Notes under the pieces: model-generated | What the model saw: the letters and a program-made list of their open reading frames with translations, nothing else | Database searches by the model: none | What the model was told of the DNA's origin: nothing | NCBI GenBank assembly: GCA_036676985.1 | Contig: JAKFBU010000067.1 | Span: 15,706 to 79,705 of the forward strand | Direction of reading: 5' to 3' | DNA: 64,000 nt | From: Candidatus Sericytochromatia bacterium | GTDB taxonomy: Bacteria; Cyanobacteriota; Sericytochromatia; S15B-MN24; UBA4093 | Translations under genes and position numbers: made by a program | Shown here: piece after piece, positions 30,069 to 38,409 of the stretch | How positions within the stretch are numbered: position 1 is the stretch's first letter | Layout of the letters: the number at the start of each line of letters is the position of its first letter

Positions 30069-30683
30069 ATGGCTGAGGCCACCGCCGCTTCGAGCGGCCG
30101 CTCGACGAATCGACTCCCCTGGATCCTGACGGCCGCGGCCGCGGCGTTGGTCTTGCTGTCCTTCTTGTTTCCGCTCTGGATCCTGCACCTGACCGCGCCG
30201 CAGTACCCCGAAACCCTCAACCTCAACGTCTACGCCTACAAGTTCGCGGGCAGCGACAATCCGGTCATCGACGACATCCAGGAGATCAACACGCTCAACC
30301 ACTACATCGGGATGGCCGAGATCCACGAGCGCGACTTCCCCGAGCTGCGCATCCTGCCGGTGGCGCTGGTGGCTTGCGCGGCACTCCTGGGCCTCGCTGC
30401 CGCCCTCCGGACGGGTTGGCTCCTGGTGCTCGGCACGGCGTTGCTCGCCGTCACGGGCGTGGGCGGGCTCGGCTCGGCCTACTTCAAGCTCTATACCTAC
30501 GGACACAACCTGGATCCCTCGGCGCCCCTGAAGGTCCCGGGTTTCACCCCGCCCCTGCTCGGCACCAACAAGCTCGTGAACTTCATGACCACGGGCATGT
30601 TCGGGCTGGGGGGCTACATGCTGATCCTGTCGGGCGTCCTCCTCTTGACGGCCATCTACCTCTGGCGGCGTCAGGAGGCCTGA
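30069..30683 (+). CDS. nosB: NosB-like membrane protein, copy 2 (canonical position after nosZ)
   Basis: Same motifs as copy 1; GGGAGG RBS; stop overlaps the nosD ATG. Confidence 0.85.
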   Translation: MAEATAASSGRSTNRLPWILTAAAAALVLLSFLFPLWILHLTAPQYPETLNLNVYAYKFAGSDNPVIDDIQEINTLNHYIGMAEIHERDFPELRILPVALVACAALLGLAAALRTGWLLVLGTALLAVTGVGGLGSAYFKLYTYGHNLDPSAPLKVPGFTPPLLGTNKLVNFMTTGMFGLGGYMLILSGVLLLTAIYLWRRQEA

Positions 30684-32017
30684 TGCGACACGTGATCTGG
30701 CCGGCGATCGCCCTCATCCTCTGCGCAGCCCCGGCCTCTGGAGCCGAGCTCACGGCCTCGGGCTCCATCCAGGCGGCCATCCGCTCGGCCCGTTCCGGGG
30801 ACGTCATCCGCATCCCCGCCGGCCACTATCGCGAGCACCTGGTGCTCGACAAGCCCGTGACGCTGCTAGGATCGGACATGCCCGTCATCGACGGGGGCGC
30901 GACCGGGGACGTGGTGACCATCCTGGCGCCGGACTGCCGGATCGTCGGCCTGCATGTCACGGGCAGCGGAATCGCGGCCCTCTCCGATACGGCGGCAGTC
31001 AAGATCGCCGCCAAGGGGGCGGTGGTCGAGGACTGCCGGATCGACCAGAGCCTCTACGGCATCTTCGTGGACAGCACGCAGGGCGCGCGCCTCTTGAACA
31101 ACACCATCGAGGGCATGCCCGAGCTCGGGCTCACGGTCCGCGGGGACGGCATCCGGCTCCACGCGGCGTCCCACAACCAGGTGGTCGGCAACCGCATCCG
31201 GAACACCCGCGACGGCATCTACATCAACGCCTCGCCCTTCAATTCCATCCGGGACAACGAGATCCGGCGGGTTCGCTACGGGCTGCACTACATGTACTCG
31301 GATGACAACTCCTTTTCCGGCAACCGCTTCACCGAGACCGAGGCGGGCTCCGCCCTCATGTTCAGCCGCCGGATCACGCTGCGCGACAACACCTTTGCCG
31401 GCAACCGCGGTTATCGCGCCTACGGCCTGCTCGTCAAGGACTGCGAGGACAGTGTCGTCGAGGCCAACGCCCTGCTCGGCAACCGGGTGGGGTTGTTCAT
31501 GGACGGCGCCTACGGCATCCGCGTCGCTCGCAACCGGGTGATCGGCAACGACCTGGGCTTCGAGATCCGCGGCAGCTCGGAGGGCAACACCTTCGACGGC
31601 AACACCGTCGCGGGCAACACCGAGACCGTCGCCTCGCCGACGGGCATCGGGGAGAATACCTGGCAGGGCAACTACTGGAGCGACTACCGCGGCTACGACC
31701 TCGACGGGGACGGCACGGGGGACGTCGCACACGAGGCGGGCAGCGTCTTCTCCTACCTGATCGAGAACTTTCCGCCCGCCCGCCTGTTTCTCCTGAGCCC
31801 GGCCATCCAGGCCCTGGAGTTCGCCGAGCGGAACTTCCCCCTGGTCGATGCCCCGGGTATCCGGGACGCGTCGCCCTCCATGCACCCCGCAACGGCCTCC
31901 GAGCCCTCGCGGCCCAGCGATCGGGGCACGAGCCCCCTGCTCCTCGCCGTCGCGACGGCCGTCCTCCTGGCCGGCCTCGTGCCCCTCCTCTTGTCCCGGA
32001 GAGCCTTCCACGCATGA
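30683..32017 (+). CDS. nosD: Nitrous oxide reductase maturation protein NosD
   Basis: Signal peptide, parallel beta-helix repeats, RGDGI, RDGIY, RYGLHYMYS, GNYWSDYRGYDLDGDGTGD; C-terminal TM helix. Confidence 0.95.
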   Translation: MRHVIWPAIALILCAAPASGAELTASGSIQAAIRSARSGDVIRIPAGHYREHLVLDKPVTLLGSDMPVIDGGATGDVVTILAPDCRIVGLHVTGSGIAALSDTAAVKIAAKGAVVEDCRIDQSLYGIFVDSTQGARLLNNTIEGMPELGLTVRGDGIRLHAASHNQVVGNRIRNTRDGIYINASPFNSIRDNEIRRVRYGLHYMYSDDNSFSGNRFTETEAGSALMFSRRITLRDNTFAGNRGYRAYGLLVKDCEDSVVEANALLGNRVGLFMDGAYGIRVARNRVIGNDLGFEIRGSSEGNTFDGNTVAGNTETVASPTGIGENTWQGNYWSDYRGYDLDGDGTGDVAHEAGSVFSYLIENFPPARLFLLSPAIQALEFAERNFPLVDAPGIRDASPSMHPATASEPSRPSDRGTSPLLLAVATAVLLAGLVPLLLSRRAFHA

Positions 32018-32940
32018 TCCGCCTCGAGCATCTTTCCAAAGCATACGGTTCAGTCAAAGCCCTGGACGACCTCAGCCTCGAGTCCCGTCCAGGTGAGGTC
32101 CTGGCCCTTCTGGGCCCGAACGGTGCAGGCAAGAGCACCACGATCAAGAGCATCGTGGGCCTGGTCCGGCCCACCTCGGGGCGGGTGCTCATCGACGGGA
32201 TCGACGTGGCAAAGGAGCCGCGGCGGGCCCGCTCGCTGATCGGCTATCTGCCACAGCGGGTCCACTTCTACGACAACCTGTCGCCCCGCGAGGTGCTCGC
32301 CTTCTACGCGCAGCTCCGCCGCGCCCCGACGACCCAGATCGACGCCTTGATCGAACGCGTGGGGCTTTCGGCCGCGGCCGATCGCCGGACGGCGGGCTTC
32401 TCGGGTGGCATGCTCCAGCGCCTCGGGCTCGCGGTCGCGCTGTTGGGCGAGCCGCGCCTGATGATCCTGGACGAGCCGACGGCCGGGCTCGATCCCGCCG
32501 GCACCATGCTCTTCAAGGACATCATCCAGGAGCGCCAGCAGGCCGGCACCACGGTGCTCCTCAGCTCGCACTTCCTCGCAGAGGTCGAGAGCATCGCCGA
32601 TCGCATGGCCATCTGCGACCGGGGGCGCATCGTGGCCCTCGACAGCCTGGAGGCCCTGCGCCGCGACCTCGCCCTGCCCACCCGCATGATCCTGGCCCTG
32701 TCGGGCGGTCCTGCGGACCCAGTCGCCCTGGCGCGCTCGGTGGGGGCCGAGGACGCGGCCTACCGGGACGGGGCGCTGCGCGTCACGCTCCGCCCCCCTC
32801 AGAAGGCGGCCATGATCCGGGCCTTCGAGGACCAGGGCGCGGCCATCCAGGACCTGCGCATCCTCGAGCCGAGCCTGGAGGACATCTTCATGGCCATCGT
32901 TCAGCAGCCCACGCCGTCCGGAAAGGAGCTCCGCCCATGA
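32014..32940 (+). CDS. nosF: ABC transporter ATPase NosF
   Basis: GPNGAGKST, FSGGMLQRL, ILDEPTAGLD, SSH; coupled to nosD. Confidence 0.9.
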   Translation: MIRLEHLSKAYGSVKALDDLSLESRPGEVLALLGPNGAGKSTTIKSIVGLVRPTSGRVLIDGIDVAKEPRRARSLIGYLPQRVHFYDNLSPREVLAFYAQLRRAPTTQIDALIERVGLSAAADRRTAGFSGGMLQRLGLAVALLGEPRLMILDEPTAGLDPAGTMLFKDIIQERQQAGTTVLLSSHFLAEVESIADRMAICDRGRIVALDSLEALRRDLALPTRMILALSGGPADPVALARSVGAEDAAYRDGALRVTLRPPQKAAMIRAFEDQGAAIQDLRILEPSLEDIFMAIVQQPTPSGKELRP

Positions 32941-33374
32941 GGCCCTCGCCTCTCATCGCCCTCGCCCTCTTGAGCCTCTCGCTCGTCGGCTTCACGAGCC
33001 AGGGCCAGCCCGTCGACATCCTGCCCGAGGCCGACGAATGCGCCACCTGCGTGATGGCCATCGAGAACCTTCCGGTGGCCTCGGAGCTGACGCTCCGGGA
33101 CGGAGACGTCAAGAAGTTCGACGACATCGGCTGCATGGCCCAGTACGTCAAGCGCAAGCGCCTGAAGGAGTCGGCCATCAAGGGCATGTTCGTCCACGAT
33201 TTGCCGAGCGGGCGCTGGGTGCCGCTCGAGCGCGCCACCCTCGTCAAGAGCTCGTACCCGACCCCCATGCGCTACGGCATCGTGGCCTTCGCGACGCCCG
33301 CAGGCGCCAAGAAGATGGCTGCCAAGTACAAGCCCAAGCTCGTGAGCTGGGCTGACGTGCTGAAGGGGATCTAG
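32937..33374 (+). CDS. nosL: Copper chaperone NosL
   Basis: CATCVMAI, KKFDDIGCM, TPMRYGIVAF. Confidence 0.9.
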   Translation: MRPSPLIALALLSLSLVGFTSQGQPVDILPEADECATCVMAIENLPVASELTLRDGDVKKFDDIGCMAQYVKRKRLKESAIKGMFVHDLPSGRWVPLERATLVKSSYPTPMRYGIVAFATPAGAKKMAAKYKPKLVSWADVLKGI

Positions 33375-34202
33375 ATGGACGCGTCGCTCATCTGGGTGAT
33401 CGCCCAGCGGGAATTGGTGGATGCCCTGCGCAGCCGCCTCATCTGGGTGTTCGCGGGCGTGTTCGCCGTGCTCGCCCTCGGGCTCTCCTATTTCGGGCTC
33501 GTGGGGGCGGGCTACGCGCAGGTGACGGGGTTCGCCAAGACCTCGGCGAGCCTCTTGAACCTCGTCTTGATCCTGTTCCCCTTGGTGGCCCTGTTTCTCG
33601 GGACCTCCAGCCTGACGAGCGAGCGTGGCGCCCTGGAGCTCTTGCTCTCGCAGCCCGTGACCCGCTCGGAAGTCATGGTGGGCAAGTTCGTGGGGCTGGC
33701 CTTGACGCTCGTCTCGTCGACCCTGGTGGGCTTCGGCGTGGCGGGCGTGGTCATCGGCCTCCTGGCAGGCGGAGCGGACGTGGGGCGTTTCCTGGCCCTG
33801 ACGGGCCTCGCGTGCGCCCTGGAGGTGGCCTTTTTGAGCATCTCCATGCTCATCGCGTCTCTCTTGCCCGACCGGGTGCGGGCGCTCGGCGCGGCAGTGG
33901 CCGTTTGGTTCACGACCGTCATCCTCTACGACCTGCTGGTGGTCGGAGGCGCGGTCCTGATTGGCGCCAAGCAACTCTCGGGAGCGCTGGTGCTGCTCTT
34001 GCTCTTCAACCCGGTCGATCTGGTCCGGGTGCTCGGCATCCTGAGCCTGGACTCCGTGACGGCCTTCGGAGCCACCGGCGCGAGCCTCATGCGGATGTTC
34101 GGGCTGGCCGGGGCCGTCGTCGCCCTGGTCGTGGCGCTCCTCGGCTGGATGGTCGGGCCGCTGGCCGTCGCGCTCAGACGCTTCGAGCGCTCGGACCTTT
34201 AG
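33375..34202 (+). CDS. nosY: ABC transporter permease NosY
   Basis: ASLLNLVL..PLVAL, ERGALELLLSQPVTR, ILYDLL, NPVDLVR. Confidence 0.92.
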   Translation: MDASLIWVIAQRELVDALRSRLIWVFAGVFAVLALGLSYFGLVGAGYAQVTGFAKTSASLLNLVLILFPLVALFLGTSSLTSERGALELLLSQPVTRSEVMVGKFVGLALTLVSSTLVGFGVAGVVIGLLAGGADVGRFLALTGLACALEVAFLSISMLIASLLPDRVRALGAAVAVWFTTVILYDLLVVGGAVLIGAKQLSGALVLLLLFNPVDLVRVLGILSLDSVTAFGATGASLMRMFGLAGAVVALVVALLGWMVGPLAVALRRFERSDL

Positions 34203-34214
34203 CCCGCCAGGGCG

Positions 34215-34625
34215 TCAGTCGGACTTCATGGGCGCGCCGTTGATGGGCGCGGCGTTGGGATCCTCCTGCTGCAGGGTTTGCGGCGGCGGATACCGGTCGG
34301 GGCTGCCGAGCGGCGGTTCGCCGGCCCCGCCGCCCCCGCCGCCGCCCTGAGCGCTCGGGTCGACGTTGCCCGGACCGATGCCGCTCGGGTCCATGGCGCC
34401 CATGGGCGGGCCGCCGTAGCTCTTGACGCCGCCGGTCGGCCCGTGAACCAGCCGCGCGTTGGGAACGCCCTGCACGGGGCTCGGGTTGATCTGGGGCACC
34501 ATGGTGCCGGTGCCGCCGCCGCCGCCTTCGGTTGGTTGTTCCGGCGGCTGCGCGGCCTGTTCGGTCCTCTGGCAGCCCGGTAGGATCAAGGCGATCGCAA
34601 GCACCGCACCGGCCAATGCCTTCAT
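34215..34625 (-). CDS. Gly/Pro-rich small lipoprotein
   Basis: MKALAGAVLAIALILPGC lipobox; GGAG RBS; low-complexity body. Confidence 0.7.
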   Translation of the reverse strand: MKALAGAVLAIALILPGCQRTEQAAQPPEQPTEGGGGGTGTMVPQINPSPVQGVPNARLVHGPTGGVKSYGGPPMGAMDPSGIGPGNVDPSAQGGGGGGGAGEPPLGSPDRYPPPQTLQQEDPNAAPINGAPMKSD

Positions 34626-34789
34626 AGGGGGACTCCTCTCTCGATCGTCGGTTGCCTCCTGGCGGTCCGTCCAGGTCAGCGTAGTACGATCCAGGGGGAA
34701 TTGAAAACGCTCCCTCGCATGCGCCGCATGTACCCCAATACGACTAGTCCCCGACCGATGGGCCGGGGACTGATCGAAGGGTGGGCGGG

Positions 34790-36115
34790 TTACGGCTCGG
34801 GAGTTGGCTCCGCCTCGCGCTGGAGCACGGCCTCCCAGCGCCGGCCGGTGCGCGGGTCGAGCCACTGCATGCGCGTGAAGCCGATACCCGGCTCCAGCCA
34901 CTCGCTCCAGGAGATCGTCTTGCCGTTCTGGACCCGGGCGAAGTCGACGCGCCAGGCACCGTCGACGTAACGGGCCCGGGCCGAGACGTCGGTGGCGGCG
35001 CGCCAGGTCTGGCCGTCCGCCAGGGGCAGCGGGTACTGGACCTGGGGCCGGTAGGCCGCCGAGAACTGGACGCCGGTGGGAGTCCGCTTCATCAGGAAGC
35101 GCATCTCGCGATCCGAGTGGCTCCAGCCGCTCTCCTCGCGGCCCGTGATGAGGACGCCGTTCGGCTTGGCGCTGACCTTGACGACCTCGCGCACCATGGT
35201 GCCCGCGACCTGACCCTCCTCGTCCATGAGGTCGTAGGTCCAGCGCTGGCCCATGTCGGCCACGAAGAGCGAGAGGTCCGCCACCTGCAGGCTCGAGGTC
35301 GCCACGCTCGCTGTGGCCACCGACGGGGTGGCCACGGCCAGGCGGGGCAGCACGCTCGCAGTCGGCACGGGGGTGACGCTCGTCGTGGCGCTCGCGGTCG
35401 CGGCCGGGATGCGCGTCGCGAGCACCTCCGCCAGGGCGCGGGTGAGGATGGGATCCAGCCGGGCGATGGACTGGGCGGTGTCCAGCACCGTCCACTGGCG
35501 GCCCAGGTTGGGCAGGTAGCTCGGGTCGTAGGCGCCGTCGCGGCCGCGGATGGCCTGGTCCACCGTCTCGGTGCCGCTCTGGATCTTGTCGTAGGGCAGG
35601 TGGACCAGCTCCTCGTAACGGAAGCGCTGGGCGATCTTGCTGGTGACGAGCGTGCTCGCGAGGGTGATGGAGAAGACGGGCGCCGTCTCGTCCGGGCTGC
35701 CGGCGAGCACCAGGGCCGTCATGGAGACGGTGCCGCCCGGCGCCTTGAACTCGGCGCGAATGGGCGTGAGGCGCCCCTGGGGCACGGCGAGGCTCGCGAA
35801 GCCGAGGTCGTCGGTGGTGTCCTGGGCATTGGTCTGGCCGTCGAGGAAGACCTTGGCGCCCACCACCGAACGATCGTCCAGGTGGCCGCCCGAGCGGGTA
35901 GCCTGCTCGGCGCTGTAGGGAGCGAGCGTCAGGCCCTGGGCCAGGCTCGCGGGGATGAGCACGCGGAAGCGGGCACGGACCATGCGCGTCCCTTGGGACG
36001 CCTCGGGCACGGTGCTGTCGCCGCTCAGGCCCATGAAGCCCGGCGCCTGGCAGCCCGTCAGGGCGATCAGGGCGAGGGCGATGGTCATGGATCGACGCAA
36101 GGCCTGGGTGCGCAC
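34790..36115 (-). CDS. Hypothetical two-domain lipoprotein with Thr/Ala/Ser linker
   Basis: Lipobox LTGC; GTG start after GGGAG; C-terminal GQRWTY...EWLEPGIG beta domain. Confidence 0.75.
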   Translation of the reverse strand: MRTQALRRSMTIALALIALTGCQAPGFMGLSGDSTVPEASQGTRMVRARFRVLIPASLAQGLTLAPYSAEQATRSGGHLDDRSVVGAKVFLDGQTNAQDTTDDLGFASLAVPQGRLTPIRAEFKAPGGTVSMTALVLAGSPDETAPVFSITLASTLVTSKIAQRFRYEELVHLPYDKIQSGTETVDQAIRGRDGAYDPSYLPNLGRQWTVLDTAQSIARLDPILTRALAEVLATRIPAATASATTSVTPVPTASVLPRLAVATPSVATASVATSSLQVADLSLFVADMGQRWTYDLMDEEGQVAGTMVREVVKVSAKPNGVLITGREESGWSHSDREMRFLMKRTPTGVQFSAAYRPQVQYPLPLADGQTWRAATDVSARARYVDGAWRVDFARVQNGKTISWSEWLEPGIGFTRMQWLDPRTGRRWEAVLQREAEPTPEP

Positions 36116-36179
36116 GGGGTAGCTCCCACCAGAGGTCCGGGAGCGCTCAGCCATCGAGCGGTCAACCGAACCAAGTGAT

Positions 36180-36195
36180 TGTAACGGAAGTCACA
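36180..36195. promoter_or_regulatory. CRP-like box
   Basis: TGTAA-N6-TCACA (9/10 match to TGTGA-N6-TCACA) about 65 nt upstream of the lipoprotein start. Confidence 0.45.
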
Positions 36196-36251
36196 GCCTC
36201 CGGCAATCCGTAGCTACTATGTACCCGGTGAGCGGGCCACCGTACCGCCGG

Positions 36252-37496
36252 CTAGCGGCGGGCCAGGTCGAAGGTGGACAGCATGGTGTTCTGCACCATG
36301 GCCTGCCGCATGGCTTCTTGGTGGTTGGGCGCCGAGAGCCGGATGAGCTCGTAGGCATCGACCATGCTGCCCACAGCGGGCTTGCCGTTGCCCTTCTGGA
36401 GAGCCGCCCAGAGCGGCTTGAACTCGATGGCGACGTCGTCCTTGCCGTCCTGGTGCGTGTCGTAGAGGTCCCAGAGGGCAGCACCCGTCCACCACTCGTT
36501 GGAAGGTCCGCCGCACACGTCCGCGGGCACGTTCTCGATGCGGATGGGCGATCGCCGGGGCACCATGTACTGGAACTTGGCGTCGGGATCGTTGCGCTCG
36601 AGGCTCGCGGCCGCCGAGATGAAGCTAGCGAAGCCCTCGGACCAGGCGAGGTTGGTGGTGTAGCACTCGTCGATCTTGTGCTGCCCGCCGCCCATGCGGC
36701 CGTTGATGCCGAGGTCATGGACCGCATGGCCGATCTCGTGCCCGTTCACGTCCCACCACTCGGGGTTGGAGAGGTTGACCGTCCCCCACGAGTAGAAGTT
36801 GCCCTGGGCGGGCCACTTGGTGTCGAGCTGGCGGTTCCACCAGGCGAGACCCACGCCCGAGCGCTCGAAGAGGGCCTGGACGCGGTTGTAGATCTCGTGG
36901 ATCCAGGCGGACTGGGCGTTGGCCGTGCCGGCCACCAAGGACGTGGTGCCCACGTCCGTATCCTGATCGACCGAGAGCTCGGGGCCCTGGTAGCGGTCGT
37001 CGCGGATCTTCCAGCGGGAGTTGGCGAGCTGGTACTGGATGGAGACCTTCTTGCCCGCGAGGCTCCGGCGCTCGGCGGACTGGCTCCAGGCGCCGGCGGC
37101 ATCCGTGAGCGCGCTCGCCACCTGCTTGCCGTCCACGAGCACGAGCACGGTGGCGTTGGCCACCGGTGCCTGCCGGCCCGCGAGGTTGGCGGCCTCGAAG
37201 CGGCCCGAGAGCTTGACGACGTCCGCCTCCAGGCGGTGGCCGAGGCGCTTGGCCGCAGTGCTCTTGGTGCCGAAGACCATGCCTTTGTTCGTCTTACGGA
37301 GCGCCTCCGCCTCGAGCTTGGCGGTCATCAGGGAGAGCGATCGCACGCTCGGCACCAGGTCCTGGTCGTCGATGATCGTGCCCTGGGCGTACAGCGCCTC
37401 GGCGGCGTCCCTCGCCGGCTGGGAGGGCTGGAGGCCGCAGCTCGTCACGAGCGCGAGGGCGGAAAGGGCGGCGAAGACGCGGGTCCGGCGGGGCAT
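36252..37496 (-). CDS. Lipoprotein zinc metallopeptidase (gluzincin-like)
   Basis: Lipobox VTSC; HEIGH followed by AWSEGFA third ligand; LWDLYD; AAAGGA RBS. Confidence 0.8.
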   Translation of the reverse strand: MPRRTRVFAALSALALVTSCGLQPSQPARDAAEALYAQGTIIDDQDLVPSVRSLSLMTAKLEAEALRKTNKGMVFGTKSTAAKRLGHRLEADVVKLSGRFEAANLAGRQAPVANATVLVLVDGKQVASALTDAAGAWSQSAERRSLAGKKVSIQYQLANSRWKIRDDRYQGPELSVDQDTDVGTTSLVAGTANAQSAWIHEIYNRVQALFERSGVGLAWWNRQLDTKWPAQGNFYSWGTVNLSNPEWWDVNGHEIGHAVHDLGINGRMGGGQHKIDECYTTNLAWSEGFASFISAAASLERNDPDAKFQYMVPRRSPIRIENVPADVCGGPSNEWWTGAALWDLYDTHQDGKDDVAIEFKPLWAALQKGNGKPAVGSMVDAYELIRLSAPNHQEAMRQAMVQNTMLSTFDLARR

Positions 37497-37632
37497 GGCG
37501 CATCCTTTCTTCAAAAGCGAATTAAGGATATTTTAAGCTTTGGTAAAGCCAGCCGTCAACCGATCGTTTCGCCGGGTTAGCGGGGCGGGCGCCGGGGGGT
37601 AGAATGGAGCGTCCCCACCGCGTGAGGCAGCG

Positions 37633-38409
37633 ATGTTCGATTCCTCCGATCCCTTCGACGAACCCCAGGTGCGCCTGGGCATGGCCTATGCCGCCTCGGG
37701 CTCCCGCGCCGAGGCGATCGCCGCCTACTACCGCGCCCTGCATGACAATGCCGACTCCTTTGGCGCGCACTTCCTGCTGGGGGTGGCCGCCGTCGAGGAC
37801 GCCCAGTGGGAGGAGGCCTTCCGGCACTTCGTGGCCGCCATCGACCGGGCTCCGGCCCATGCGGAGCCTTACAACAACCTGGGCGTGGTCTACTTCCACC
37901 AGGGGGACCTGCCGAGCGCCCGTACGTGCTTCGAACGAGCCCTCAGCGTCCGGCCCCGCTTCGCGGACGCGGTGACGAACCTCGGCATCTACTACCTGGC
38001 CTCCGGGCGGGCCGTCGAGGCGCGCACCTGCTTCGAGCGGGCCGTGGCCCTCTCGGCGCGCTCGGCCTCTGCCTACAACAACCTGGGCGTGAGCCTTTTT
38101 CGAGCAGGGCAGTTCGACGACGCCACGGCGTGTTTCGAGCGTTCCATCGCCCTGGACGCCCAGCTCGCAGCCCCCCTGCGCAACCTCGCGCACATTTACC
38201 TGTGCAAGGGCCAGGACGCCGAGGCCCAGAGCTGCTACGGCCGGTCGGCGGTGGTGCGCCGCCGGGCGGCCTATCGGCTCGATCCCTTCGACGTGCTGTT
38301 GCCCATGGCCGAACGACTAGGCGCCGCCCCGGAGGACGACGCCTATGAACCCGATGAGGAGGTGGTGGTCTACGAGCTCGACGAGTCGGACCTGGATCCC
38401 GAGCTCTAG
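37633..38409 (+). CDS. TPR repeat protein with acidic tail
   Basis: YNNLGV repeats and ARTCFERA; about six TPRs. Confidence 0.85.
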   Translation: MFDSSDPFDEPQVRLGMAYAASGSRAEAIAAYYRALHDNADSFGAHFLLGVAAVEDAQWEEAFRHFVAAIDRAPAHAEPYNNLGVVYFHQGDLPSARTCFERALSVRPRFADAVTNLGIYYLASGRAVEARTCFERAVALSARSASAYNNLGVSLFRAGQFDDATACFERSIALDAQLAAPLRNLAHIYLCKGQDAEAQSCYGRSAVVRRRAAYRLDPFDVLLPMAERLGAAPEDDAYEPDEEVVVYELDESDLDPEL

